This document shows positions 50,032-58,431 of a stretch of DNA of 64,000 nucleotides, in pieces; the stretch's first letter is position 1, and every line of letters starts with the position of its first letter. The position numbers were made by a program, and so were the translations under genes. The notes under the pieces were generated by a model. That model was not told the DNA's origin and did not search any database. It worked only from the letters and a program-made list of their open reading frames with translations. The DNA lies in the sequence record DRR723986_1769. One strand, given 5' to 3'.

Positions 50032-50115
50032 GTATAACGCCGCCATAACCGGCCGGAGCACGCGGTGCGGAGGTCCAGCCAGCTTTGCTGGCGATGGTTG
50101 ATGGCCTTGTTAGGC
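50032..50115 (-). other. attC site
   Basis: Minus strand GCCTAAC...GTTATAC, 84 bp; upstream stop codon lies within R''. Confidence 0.85.
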
Positions 50116-50805
50116 ATTTTTAAAATTCGGATATGTGATGACCATTGCAATGATACTAACTGTAGCGACAACGATCATGCCCTCGGGCATTAATGATTGC
50201 ATCATCTCAACCTCTCCATCTCTTACAGGGAGACCTTGAACTTCTCTCCTTGTTAAGACCATCTGCTCTACTACAGGATCCCATAGCTTCCAGCTAAGTG
50301 CGTCTGAAATTACGCTAATTAGTGCTACGCTAATGCCTGCAATAAAACCTCGAATATTGAGCTTTAAAAACCAGTAACCTGCTAGGATAGAAATTGACCC
50401 AAGCGCTAAATGTATAATTATTTGTGTGGTTTCGTTAGGAAAGTAACCAAATGCTGGTTGAGATACGAACATTTGTGTCCATCTTACTAGCTGTTTAGTG
50501 CCTTCAAGAATAAGTAGCACTCCGAGCAATATTGAAAGCCAATTTTCTCTTCTAAATATTTCTTCATTCACGCACATAGTATTCTTATCGATACTTAGGA
50601 AGCTGAACCCAATCGAACCGATAAATTTTGAAGTTATAGCGCGTATTAAGAGAAATGCTAAATAAGGAGCCCAAAATGGTACACTTTCTTCAAGCTTCAT
50701 AAAGTATGACAGTAAGCCCCACAACGTCATGAAGAATAAGAGATCTATGTACCATGACAATAACAGTCGTTTTTTTGTTGCTAAATTAGTATTGCTCTCT
50801 TCCAT
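50110..50805 (-). CDS. Multi-pass membrane protein (cassette 6)
   Basis: ATG after GGAG; about 6 TM helices; bounded by GTTAGGCA...TGCCTAAC. Confidence 0.75.
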   Translation of the reverse strand: MEESNTNLATKKRLLLSWYIDLLFFMTLWGLLSYFMKLEESVPFWAPYLAFLLIRAITSKFIGSIGFSFLSIDKNTMCVNEEIFRRENWLSILLGVLLILEGTKQLVRWTQMFVSQPAFGYFPNETTQIIIHLALGSISILAGYWFLKLNIRGFIAGISVALISVISDALSWKLWDPVVEQMVLTRREVQGLPVRDGEVEMMQSLMPEGMIVVATVSIIAMVITYPNFKNA

Positions 50806-50819
50806 TGTTACTCCATTTT

Positions 50820-50908
50820 GCCTAACGCCCCCAAAGGGGTAGACAAATAAGCGCAGCGATTTGGCTGTCCCGGCGACCAAAGGGAGCGATTACTGCGGCT
50901 TGTTAGCA
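50820..50908 (-). other. attC site
   Basis: Minus strand TGCTAAC...GTTAGGC, 89 bp. Confidence 0.8.
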
Positions 50909-50911
50909 CTT

Positions 50912-51262
50912 TTAAAACACCATTGCATGATCACAATGATACTCACCGTCTTGGTGAACTAAGACCATTTCTGCTACAAATTCACCTTTTGCTTTAGTGA
51001 AAGATTGTTTCCATATAATAGCTACTGAACCAGGGCGCTTGAATACTGCAACTGGCTTTCTAGCTGAAAAGAACCCTTTTTCTTTTTGATATTGCTCACA
51101 CACTTTTTGAAGGTATTCCTCGGTGACGATTTCCTTCATTCGATCAGTAAAATCTCGCGTGTGTGCTTTATGATCAATGCGAGTAGACGCATCCATCAGG
51201 TTATCCATAATTGGATTAGCTATGTGGAAGATTTCATCTTCTGTCATTCCTTCGAAGTTCAT
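50912..51262 (-). CDS. Hypothetical protein (cassette 5)
   Basis: 116-aa ORF with AGGAG RBS. Confidence 0.8.
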   Translation of the reverse strand: MNFEGMTEDEIFHIANPIMDNLMDASTRIDHKAHTRDFTDRMKEIVTEEYLQKVCEQYQKEKGFFSARKPVAVFKRPGSVAIIWKQSFTKAKGEFVAEMVLVHQDGEYHCDHAMVF

Positions 51263-51278
51263 GGCTTCTCCTTGTGAG

Positions 51279-51360
51279 TACTACCGCCGCCAGCTGGCGG
51301 CCATTTGCAGTGGAGCAAAGCGCAACGAAAAATGGGTCGCGCTGCCTGCCCTTGTTAGGT
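51279..51360 (-). other. attC site with a mutated crossover (GTT to GGT)
   Basis: Minus strand ACCTAAC...GGTAGTA, 82 bp. Confidence 0.7.
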
Positions 51361-51378
51361 GATGAATTTCCTGCATGC

Positions 51379-51708
51379 CTAGCTGTGAATTCCGAATATT
51401 GCCAGATAAGCTACCAACCCTACCAAACAAACAGAAGAAAGCATGCGAATGTAATTCGCCATTCGTGCGACATTCTGCCCCCTAATATATGCCTCATGCT
51501 CCTTCAGCCTATCGTCTTCTCTCTTAGCCGCATCGTTAGCGGATTTTTCTAGAGATTTTTGATAGTCCTCACTACTCTTACATTGTTCCTCTAGATAATC
51601 TCTATATTTCGCGTTCTTATTTTTCGTTTGCTCTAGAAGCTCGTTAAGAACAATTAATTGTTGCCTCTGTATCTCGAGAACTTCTTTGAGAGTGTTAGCT
51701 TCATTCAT
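51379..51708 (-). CDS. Coiled-coil protein with a C-terminal TM helix (cassette 4)
   Basis: Charged helical N-terminus and hydrophobic C-terminus; bounded by GTTAGGTGA...TCACCTAAC. Confidence 0.7.
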   Translation of the reverse strand: MNEANTLKEVLEIQRQQLIVLNELLEQTKNKNAKYRDYLEEQCKSSEDYQKSLEKSANDAAKREDDRLKEHEAYIRGQNVARMANYIRMLSSVCLVGLVAYLAIFGIHS

Positions 51709-51727
51709 CTATAAATACTCGCTTTTC

Positions 51728-51811
51728 ACCTAACGCTTGCAGCATGCGCGCCATCGGAGTGGAGCGGAAGGCGCAATGTAGTGGGCGTCGCCGTGCCTGC
51801 ACTGGTTAGTA
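51728..51811 (-). other. attC site
   Basis: Minus strand TACTAAC...GTTAGGT, 84 bp. Confidence 0.85.
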
Positions 51812-52531
51812 CTCATTGGCACGAGTCCAGATATCTTTATATATGCCAATTTTTGAAGTTGCGATTGTTGGCGACAGCGGTATCAAATATGTCGATTTTT
51901 TAGCAGCATCTTTAATCGAGTTACCCACGATCCAACAATCTGACTGATCAATGATTACAAGGCGATCATGAATTTCTTTCGACTTTCGGAGCTCAATTGG
52001 CGTACCAAACTGAGCGGAATATTTTTCGGTGTAGCTTTTTAAGTCGTCGGCATAGCGCTCTGAGAGAATGCGCACTGATGCCTGCTCGGAGATTGAGGAC
52101 AGGTAGGACTCAAAGGCTTCGCCGTTGAAATACGGATCAACGATAAAAACGCTTTTGTGAGCATTCCCGATGATAGCTTTCAGATCCGAAAAGAAGCTAT
52201 AGACTTCTCCAGGCTGATAGACACTTCCCACTTCGGTCTTTCCATTAAGCTCTAAGTCCAGCTTCAACTCTTCAATAGCATCGCCAACTTGGCTAATAAT
52301 ATGATTCAGCGCAAATTCTTTGTGCTGCGACAGCATTCCCATATGTGTGCGATAGTTGACTGAGTGCTGGCCCCCTAAAGCGTTGAATATCGCCCCCAGC
52401 TTTGACAGCCATTCTCGTTGAGGCGTCATGGCTCGGACGGGACCGTCACCAAACTCCGGAGCGTTCTCGTAGGCATCAACCAATTTGAGCAACATGATGT
52501 GTTTCTGCATCGGATCGATACTAAAGATCAT
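51806..52531 (-). CDS. Protein with a C-terminal PLD-like domain (cassette 3)
   Basis: FIVDPY...IHDRLVIID...WIVGNSIKD; bounded by GTTAGTACTC...GAGTACTAAC. Confidence 0.75.
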   Translation of the reverse strand: MIFSIDPMQKHIMLLKLVDAYENAPEFGDGPVRAMTPQREWLSKLGAIFNALGGQHSVNYRTHMGMLSQHKEFALNHIISQVGDAIEELKLDLELNGKTEVGSVYQPGEVYSFFSDLKAIIGNAHKSVFIVDPYFNGEAFESYLSSISEQASVRILSERYADDLKSYTEKYSAQFGTPIELRKSKEIHDRLVIIDQSDCWIVGNSIKDAAKKSTYLIPLSPTIATSKIGIYKDIWTRANEY

Positions 52532-52563
52532 TGCGGTCCTTTTTGCACTTAACTAGATCGGAG

Positions 52564-52639
52564 TACTAACGCCTTTAGCAACGGCAAATTGCGGAGCCGA
52601 AGGCGTAGTAATTTGTCCGCTTGCCTAAATTTGTTAGGG
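52564..52639 (-). other. attC site
   Basis: Minus strand CCCTAAC...GTTAGTA, 76 bp, with TTTAG/CTAAA and CAAATT/AATTTG pairing. Confidence 0.88.
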
Positions 52640-52641
52640 CT

Positions 52642-53124
52642 TTACCCACACCACTTTACCTCAACCTGACGCGGCTTCTCAGTATTGACTGGACCAGCAA
52701 GGCCTTTGCACTCATTACTGCCACACATATAGCCCAATGCACCGGTTACCTCGCCATACTCTGTGATTAAGCCGACTGACTTGCCGTTAACAAAATAGAA
52801 GCGATTTTCATCGTGCCCTGTAGGAACCACTAGGGGTATAGGGAAGAATACAATAAATGCCCCAACACCTGACCAGCTGTAACCATCATGGTATGTGACA
52901 ACCTCGCAACTGCCCACTTGAGTTATGGCGTCAGGCTCTCCCCAGGATGAAATTAGAGCCTCTTTGGTTAGTGCCGTGGCGCTCGCACCATAGTTAAACT
53001 TGTTTCGCTCACTGGTGATATTTACGGACGTTTTCTCATCTTCGAAGGTTCCGTAAGTACCCACAGCCAAACCTACACATCCCTGAAGGAAGAACGTAAG
53101 ACAGAAAATCGATAATTTCTTCAC
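52642..53124 (-). CDS. Putative lipoprotein (cassette 2)
   Basis: Lipobox LQGC, WGEPD motif; bounded by GTTAGGGCT...AGCCCTAAC. Confidence 0.75.
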   Translation of the reverse strand: MKKLSIFCLTFFLQGCVGLAVGTYGTFEDEKTSVNITSERNKFNYGASATALTKEALISSWGEPDAITQVGSCEVVTYHDGYSWSGVGAFIVFFPIPLVVPTGHDENRFYFVNGKSVGLITEYGEVTGALGYMCGSNECKGLAGPVNTEKPRQVEVKWCG

Positions 53125-53137
53125 GCTCTCTCCTGAG

Positions 53138-53201
53138 CCCTAACGCTGTTAATAATAGGCGCTGCGCGTAGCGAGCGTCCTTTTTGATTTGATGGTTATG
53201 T
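53138..53201 (-). other. attC site
   Basis: Minus strand ACATAAC...GTTAGGG, 64 bp; stop codon within R''. Confidence 0.82.
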
Positions 53202-53978
53202 GTCGATTTCCACACTTTTGTACATAACATGTGATTCGACTGCATTTATTATGGCGACCACATATTCTATAGACGCATTCAAATACTCGCTGAAATCGCT
53301 GCTACTGACTCTAATAGAATCACCAATTTCGAATTTGAGTCCAGGACAAAGTGAAACAAATCTCTCATCTGCAATACCAGCTTTATGAACCAAAACATTT
53401 CTTATCGCGGCCATTTCATTTAGAGTTTTCCGAATTGCTGAAGGAACTTTAGGCTTTAGTTTGAGTGGGTTTAGTATGCAATCGAACCTACCAATTCCTG
53501 GCTTAAGCGTTGCGCTAAGTTCTCTTTCAAATTGATCAAGGAGAAAGCGCATCCTATCTAGGGATTCTAGCTTTTCAAACTCAACCAGCCTAATTTTAAG
53601 TTTTTCAAATTCGGGAATATTTCGAGATGTCGGATATCTATATAGCCAACGAACGAGAAAATCCTTAATTGACGTCTCGAGTGCACCCCACAATAGAATA
53701 GTTGTAGACCCTCGGAGCAAAGCGAAATCACTTTCTACTTCGTTCTTGGCTAAAGATTCTATTTCCGCGGCTCTTTCGATTTCTTCCGCGTCTGATTTCA
53801 GCACCTTTCTGAGCTTTTCTAACCCGGTCATATTTTGAACCGAGAATGTTACCAGCTTAGTAAGATTCGTTAATTCTTCGACCCGTGAAAGGAATATATC
53901 TTCGAACGGGACAACTTCGTACTCCGTGTTGGGTCTCTCTGCTTCTTCTTTCTTATTCATGTTGGATATTGGCACCAT
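53196..53978 (-). CDS. HEPN-motif protein (cassette 1)
   Basis: Helical protein with RNVLVH (Rx4H) and an upstream WGALE; bounded by GTTATGTGT...ACACATAAC. Confidence 0.7.
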   Translation of the reverse strand: MVPISNMNKKEEAERPNTEYEVVPFEDIFLSRVEELTNLTKLVTFSVQNMTGLEKLRKVLKSDAEEIERAAEIESLAKNEVESDFALLRGSTTILLWGALETSIKDFLVRWLYRYPTSRNIPEFEKLKIRLVEFEKLESLDRMRFLLDQFERELSATLKPGIGRFDCILNPLKLKPKVPSAIRKTLNEMAAIRNVLVHKAGIADERFVSLCPGLKFEIGDSIRVSSSDFSEYLNASIEYVVAIINAVESHVMYKSVEIDT

Positions 53979-53985
53979 CTAGTAC

Positions 53986-54030
53986 ACATAACATTTGTAT
54001 ATCGCGCACGCTCGGTTTATTCCAGCGTTA
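53986..54030 (-). other. attI-like recombination site
   Basis: The first cassette's G|TTATGTG (G at 53992) is preceded by non-attC sequence ...CGAGCGTGCGCGATATACAAAT. Confidence 0.65.
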
Positions 54031-54372
54031 GCTAGTTCAAAAATCTCGTAACGCTCTGATTTTAAATATACATGGGCGTTAACGCGGGAATCGCTTATCG
54101 GGATAAACGGACATGCGCTTAAATCTTCTTGGTGGGGTCTCATAGATATTGCCCATATTTCCTTATGTGGCTTTTTTGCTGCGCGCTAAACGAATGCTTT
54201 GAACAGCGCGCTTTCCTTGCTGGAGGGCTCAGCATAAAACGTGATCACTAAAAACACTAGCCACGACAGCACGTCAATTAGAATATGCGGCGCTTTCAGA
54301 AGGCTGTATTCGCGGGTCTATATAAGAATCGAAGGGAAAATAGCGGCGCCTGGGCTTTAAGGCGGGGAGGAT

Positions 54373-54396
54373 GCTTGGCGCGAAACAGCGCCAAGC
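54373..54396 (-). terminator. Hairpin downstream of mmsB
   Basis: GCTTGGCGC-N6-GCGCCAAGC. Confidence 0.55.
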
Positions 54397-54409
54397 GGGT
54401 AAGCGTGTG

Positions 54410-55297
54410 CTAGCCCTGCATCATTTCAATAATGGCGGAGAAGTCTCGCTGGGCATTGCCGTCTTTGCCGGCAAAGCTGGCGTAGAGGCTGCGCGCCAAT
54501 GCACCCATGGGCACAGCGCTTTGGGTTTTCAGGCTGTTTTCCATCGCCAGCCCAAGGTCTTTGAGCATCAGCTGGGCCATAAAGCCGGGCTGGTAGTCGT
54601 TGCTGGCTGGGGTGGCCGGCATAACGCCGGGTACCGGGTTGTAGTTTTGCAGTGACCAGTTATCGCCAGAGCTGTTCTTCATAATCTCTGACAATATGCT
54701 GGCATCCAGGCCGTTATTTAAGCCCAGCTGCAGTGCTTCGGCGGTGCCGACCATATGCACGGCCAGCAGCATGTTGTTGCACATTTTGGCGATTTGGCCA
54801 GCGCCGTGGTCACCCGCGTGGAAGATTTTTTTACCCATCCCCGCCAGGATTTTTTCTGCGCGGGCAAAGCCCGCCTCGCTGCCGCCGCACATAAAGGCGA
54901 GTGTGCCCGCCTGCGCGGCTTTTACGCCACCGGATACCGGCGCGTCTAACATATCCAGCCCTGCGGCCTCGGCCGCCGCGCCAACTTCGCGGGCAGTTTC
55001 GGCGTCGATGGTGCTGCAGTCGAGGATGAGCGTGCCTTTTTGCGCCTTGGCAATCAGGCCTGCCTCGCCAAGGTACAAACCGGCCACGTGTTTGCCAGCG
55101 GGGAGCATACTAAGAATCACTTCGGCGCCATCCATGGCCGCTTCAGCAGTGCTGGCACACTGTGCGCCCTGCTCGGCTAGCGCTTGCATGGCGGGCTGAG
55201 ACAGGTCAAAAACGGTCAGGCTGTGGCCTGCCTTGAGTAGATTGGCCGCCATTGGGCCACCCATATTTCCCAAGCCGATAAATGCAATGCTGCTCAT
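54410..55297 (-). CDS. mmsB: 3-hydroxyisobutyrate dehydrogenase
   Basis: FIGLGNMGGPMA, DAPVSGG, AKMCNNMLL, YNPVPG, LMLKDL. Confidence 0.92.
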   Translation of the reverse strand: MSSIAFIGLGNMGGPMAANLLKAGHSLTVFDLSQPAMQALAEQGAQCASTAEAAMDGAEVILSMLPAGKHVAGLYLGEAGLIAKAQKGTLILDCSTIDAETAREVGAAAEAAGLDMLDAPVSGGVKAAQAGTLAFMCGGSEAGFARAEKILAGMGKKIFHAGDHGAGQIAKMCNNMLLAVHMVGTAEALQLGLNNGLDASILSEIMKNSSGDNWSLQNYNPVPGVMPATPASNDYQPGFMAQLMLKDLGLAMENSLKTQSAVPMGALARSLYASFAGKDGNAQRDFSAIIEMMQG

Positions 55298-55340
55298 GGT
55301 GTTCTCCTTATTGCGGCCCCTGGAAGGCGCGGCGGTATGG

Positions 55341-56456
55341 TTATAAATCGTGCAGTGGATGTTCTGACCAAGGGGCTTCGAAGTAAGCGCCTACTTCGGC
55401 GCTGTCTATCGCTTCGTAGCTGCAGTGGCGCCACTGGGGGTTTTTATCTTTGTCGATTAACAAGGCACGCACACCCTCGGCGAAGTCGCTGTTACGCACC
55501 ACATTGGTGGACAGCACCAGCTCAGCGCGAAATACCTCGCGCAGGCTCAGGCCGTCGGCGCGGCGCAATTGCTCCAGGATTAGGCGTGCGCTCAACGGCG
55601 AACCGGCAGACAAAGTTGCCGCCGCTTTTTGCAGCCAGGGGTTGTCGCTGGATAGCTCGGTGATGGCCTTGATGGCGGCTATATCATCGCCATCGCAGAG
55701 CTGATTAATTATTGGCGCCGCAGGCTCGACGTTGGCCTCGGGAAGCGCCGCTTGTGAGGCTTCTATATGGCTGGCCATCAGGCTGTACAGGCGCTCGTGA
55801 TTGTCGCTGACATCGTCGGACCACAGCTCGCTGGCCATCGCTGCCAACACGTCGTCGCGGCGGCTGTTTTCAATAAAGCTCTCGGCCAAACCGAGGTACA
55901 GGGCGTCGCGGCCATTGAAAGACGCGCCGGTTAGCGCCAGGAAGCGCCCACAATAGCCGGGCATGCGATTAAGGAAATAACTGCCGCCCACGTCGGGATA
56001 GAGGCCGATGGTAATTTCCGGCATCGCCAGACGGGATTTTTCGGTGACAACGCGATAACTGCCCGCCGCGAAGATACCCAAGCCACCGCCCATAACAATG
56101 CCGTGCCCCCACACCACAACGGGTTTGGCGAACTGGTGCAGCGCGTAGTCGAGGCGATATTCCTGCTCGAAGAAGCGCTCGGCGTATTCGCAGGGGCCGC
56201 CCGGTGTTTCGGTTGCGGAGCGATACAGAGCCTGCACGTCGCCACCTGCACAGAAGGCTTTTTCACCGGCAGCGGTAATAAACAAGCAGGCGATATCGCG
56301 ACGGTCTCGCCACTCGGCCAGCTGCGTTAGCATGGCCTCGACCATGCCTAGGTTAAGGGAGTTCAGCGTTTTTTCTACATTGAGGGTGACAATGCCCAGC
56401 TTCTGACCGCTGGCGGTGTCGCGCTCTTCAAATAGTACGTCCTGGCTTGTGCTCAT
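55341..56456 (-). CDS. 3-hydroxyisobutyryl-CoA hydrolase (crotonase family)
   Basis: AFCAGGD, GIVMGGG, MPEITIGLYPDVG, DFAEGVRALLIDKD. Confidence 0.88.
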   Translation of the reverse strand: MSTSQDVLFEERDTASGQKLGIVTLNVEKTLNSLNLGMVEAMLTQLAEWRDRRDIACLFITAAGEKAFCAGGDVQALYRSATETPGGPCEYAERFFEQEYRLDYALHQFAKPVVVWGHGIVMGGGLGIFAAGSYRVVTEKSRLAMPEITIGLYPDVGGSYFLNRMPGYCGRFLALTGASFNGRDALYLGLAESFIENSRRDDVLAAMASELWSDDVSDNHERLYSLMASHIEASQAALPEANVEPAAPIINQLCDGDDIAAIKAITELSSDNPWLQKAAATLSAGSPLSARLILEQLRRADGLSLREVFRAELVLSTNVVRNSDFAEGVRALLIDKDKNPQWRHCSYEAIDSAEVGAYFEAPWSEHPLHDL

Positions 56457-57244
56457 TAGGCGTTTTTCCACTCCGGTTGCCGTTTTTCCAAGAAGGCATT
56501 CACGCCTTCTTTTTGGTCGACGGTATCAAACAGTTGCACAAAACGCTCGCGCTCCAGAATCAGCCCTTTTGGCATGACGGCATCGCGCGCTTCATGGATT
56601 AACTGTTTGCAGAAGCTGACGGCCACTGGGCTTTGCTGGGCAACAGCGCTTGCCATATTCAGCGCCGCCTGCAACGACTCGCCTCGGGGCACTAGCTCTT
56701 CAACCAAGCCGATGCGATGCGCCGTTTCGGCATTCACTCGCTCGCCACACAGAATCATGCGTTTGGCCCAGCCCGCACCCACCAGCGCGGTAAGGCGCTG
56801 AGTGCCACCCGCGCAGGGCAACAGGCCAACCTTGGCTTCGGGCAGTGCCATTTGCGCCTGCTCTTCGGCAATACGGATATCGCAAGCCAGCGCACATTCC
56901 AAACCACCGCCCATCGCAAAGCCATTAATGGCTGCAATGCTCACGCCGCGAAAATCGGCTAAGGCTTCAAACGCCTGACCAAACTTCAGGCCGATATCTT
57001 GCGCCACGGCTTTGTCGCCGCTGGCAAACATTTTCAGGTCGGCCCCGGCGGAGAAGAATTTTTCGCCGCTGCCGGTGATCACCAAGGCGTAGATATTTTT
57101 GTCGGCGTTCAGCGCGGCGATCAGCGTTTTCAGGCCACTCAGAGATTCAGCGTCCCAGGTGTTGGCGGCGGGGTTATTGATGGTTACCACGGCTGTGTGG
57201 CCCTGCACGTCAAGCTGTAATTTTTCAGTTGGACTCATGCTCAT
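56456..57244 (-). CDS. Enoyl-CoA hydratase
   Basis: FFSAGADL, GFAMGGGLE, LPEAKVG. Confidence 0.9.
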   Translation of the reverse strand: MSMSPTEKLQLDVQGHTAVVTINNPAANTWDAESLSGLKTLIAALNADKNIYALVITGSGEKFFSAGADLKMFASGDKAVAQDIGLKFGQAFEALADFRGVSIAAINGFAMGGGLECALACDIRIAEEQAQMALPEAKVGLLPCAGGTQRLTALVGAGWAKRMILCGERVNAETAHRIGLVEELVPRGESLQAALNMASAVAQQSPVAVSFCKQLIHEARDAVMPKGLILERERFVQLFDTVDQKEGVNAFLEKRQPEWKNA

Positions 57245-58401
57245 TTAATCACCTCCAGTGCGCCTTCCATTAAGATTCGGCGGGCGATAATCACCCGCAT
57301 AATTTCGTTGGTACCCTCCAGAATTTGATGCACGCGGCTGTCGCGCAGGTGCCGCTCCAAGGGGTACTCACGTATATAGCCATAGCCGCCGTGCAGCTGC
57401 AGCGCGGTATTACACACGTCAAAGCCCACGTCGGTGGCAAAGCGCTTGGCCATGGCGCAGTAGCTGCTGGCCTCTGGGTGGCCGGTGTCGAGTTTAAACG
57501 CCGCCAGCCTGACCATTTGTCGCGCGGCAACAAGCTGTGTGGCCATATCGGCCAGGGTAAATTGGGTGTTTTGAAAATCGGCTATGGCCTGGCCAAATTG
57601 CTCACGTTCTTTCACGTAGGCGGTTGCCGTTTCCAGTGCGGCTTGCGCGGTGCCAATAGAGCAGGTGGCGATATTAATGCGGCCGCCGTCCAGGCCTTGC
57701 ATTGCAATGCGAAAGCCCTGCCCCTCGTCGCCGAGGCGGTTGGCAGCGGGCACCCGCACATTGTCGAAGGTAACCGTGGCGGTCGGCTGACTGTTCCAGC
57801 CCATTTTTTCTTCCGGCTTACCGTAGCTGATGCCTTCACTATCGGCGGGAATAGCGAAGGCGCTAATGCCTTTGGGGCCAGGCTCTCCGGTGCGCAGCAT
57901 GGCAACCAACACGTCGGTGGCGCCAGCGCCAGAGATGAACATTTTGCTGCCATTCACAATGTAGTGCTCACCGTCGCGGCGAGCGGTGCTTCGCAGGTTG
58001 CCCGCATCGGAGCCGGCACCGGGCTCGGTAAGGCAGTACGAGGCCAGCGCCTCGCCAGTCACCAAAGCTGGGCACAGCGCTTCAACCAACTCAGGCTGGC
58101 CGTAGTGGCCGATCATGCTGGTGGCCATATTATGGATGGTTAAAAACGCCGCCGTAGAGGTGCAGCCGCGGGCCAGCTCTTCAACGATCAGGCTGGTATC
58201 CAAACGGCTCATGCCCAAGCCCCCTGCAGATTCCGGGGTATACATGCCCATGAACCCCAGCTCTCCGGCTTGACGCAGTGCGTCTTTAGGGAAGATGTGT
58301 TCGGCGTCCCACTTTGCGGCATTGGGCATGAACACGCCCTCGGCAAACTGGCGCGCGCTCAGGACATAGGCCTGCTGGTCGTCGTTTAATTCAAAATCCA
58401 T
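57241..58401 (-). CDS. Acyl-CoA dehydrogenase (isobutyryl-CoA type)
   Basis: YCLTEPGAGSD, GSKMFISG, HQILEGTNEIM. Confidence 0.9.
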   Translation of the reverse strand: MDFELNDDQQAYVLSARQFAEGVFMPNAAKWDAEHIFPKDALRQAGELGFMGMYTPESAGGLGMSRLDTSLIVEELARGCTSTAAFLTIHNMATSMIGHYGQPELVEALCPALVTGEALASYCLTEPGAGSDAGNLRSTARRDGEHYIVNGSKMFISGAGATDVLVAMLRTGEPGPKGISAFAIPADSEGISYGKPEEKMGWNSQPTATVTFDNVRVPAANRLGDEGQGFRIAMQGLDGGRINIATCSIGTAQAALETATAYVKEREQFGQAIADFQNTQFTLADMATQLVAARQMVRLAAFKLDTGHPEASSYCAMAKRFATDVGFDVCNTALQLHGGYGYIREYPLERHLRDSRVHQILEGTNEIMRVIIARRILMEGALEVIK

Positions 58402-58431
58402 AACTGCGTTACCTTAACCACAACAACTCAC

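Larger units (their letters stand above)
47225..54030 (-). mobile_element. Integron cassette array with an attI-like site but no adjacent integrase (CALIN-like), about 11 cassettes
   Basis: Co-oriented AT-rich single genes, each bounded by GTT-core and AAC-core boxes that are complementary within each cassette; GC-rich imperfect palindromes between genes. Confidence 0.9.

Noticed and set aside
49646-53201. Recurring palindromic intergenic elements as a CRISPR array or REP family
   Set aside because: The elements differ in sequence and length and are separated by whole genes; they fit attC sites. No cas genes are seen.
54030-54410. Remnant intI gene or LexA box
   Set aside because: No tyrosine-recombinase motif is recognisable, and CTGT at ~54304 has no ACAG partner at the right spacing. 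The 54371-54655 ORF is mostly antisense to mmsB.
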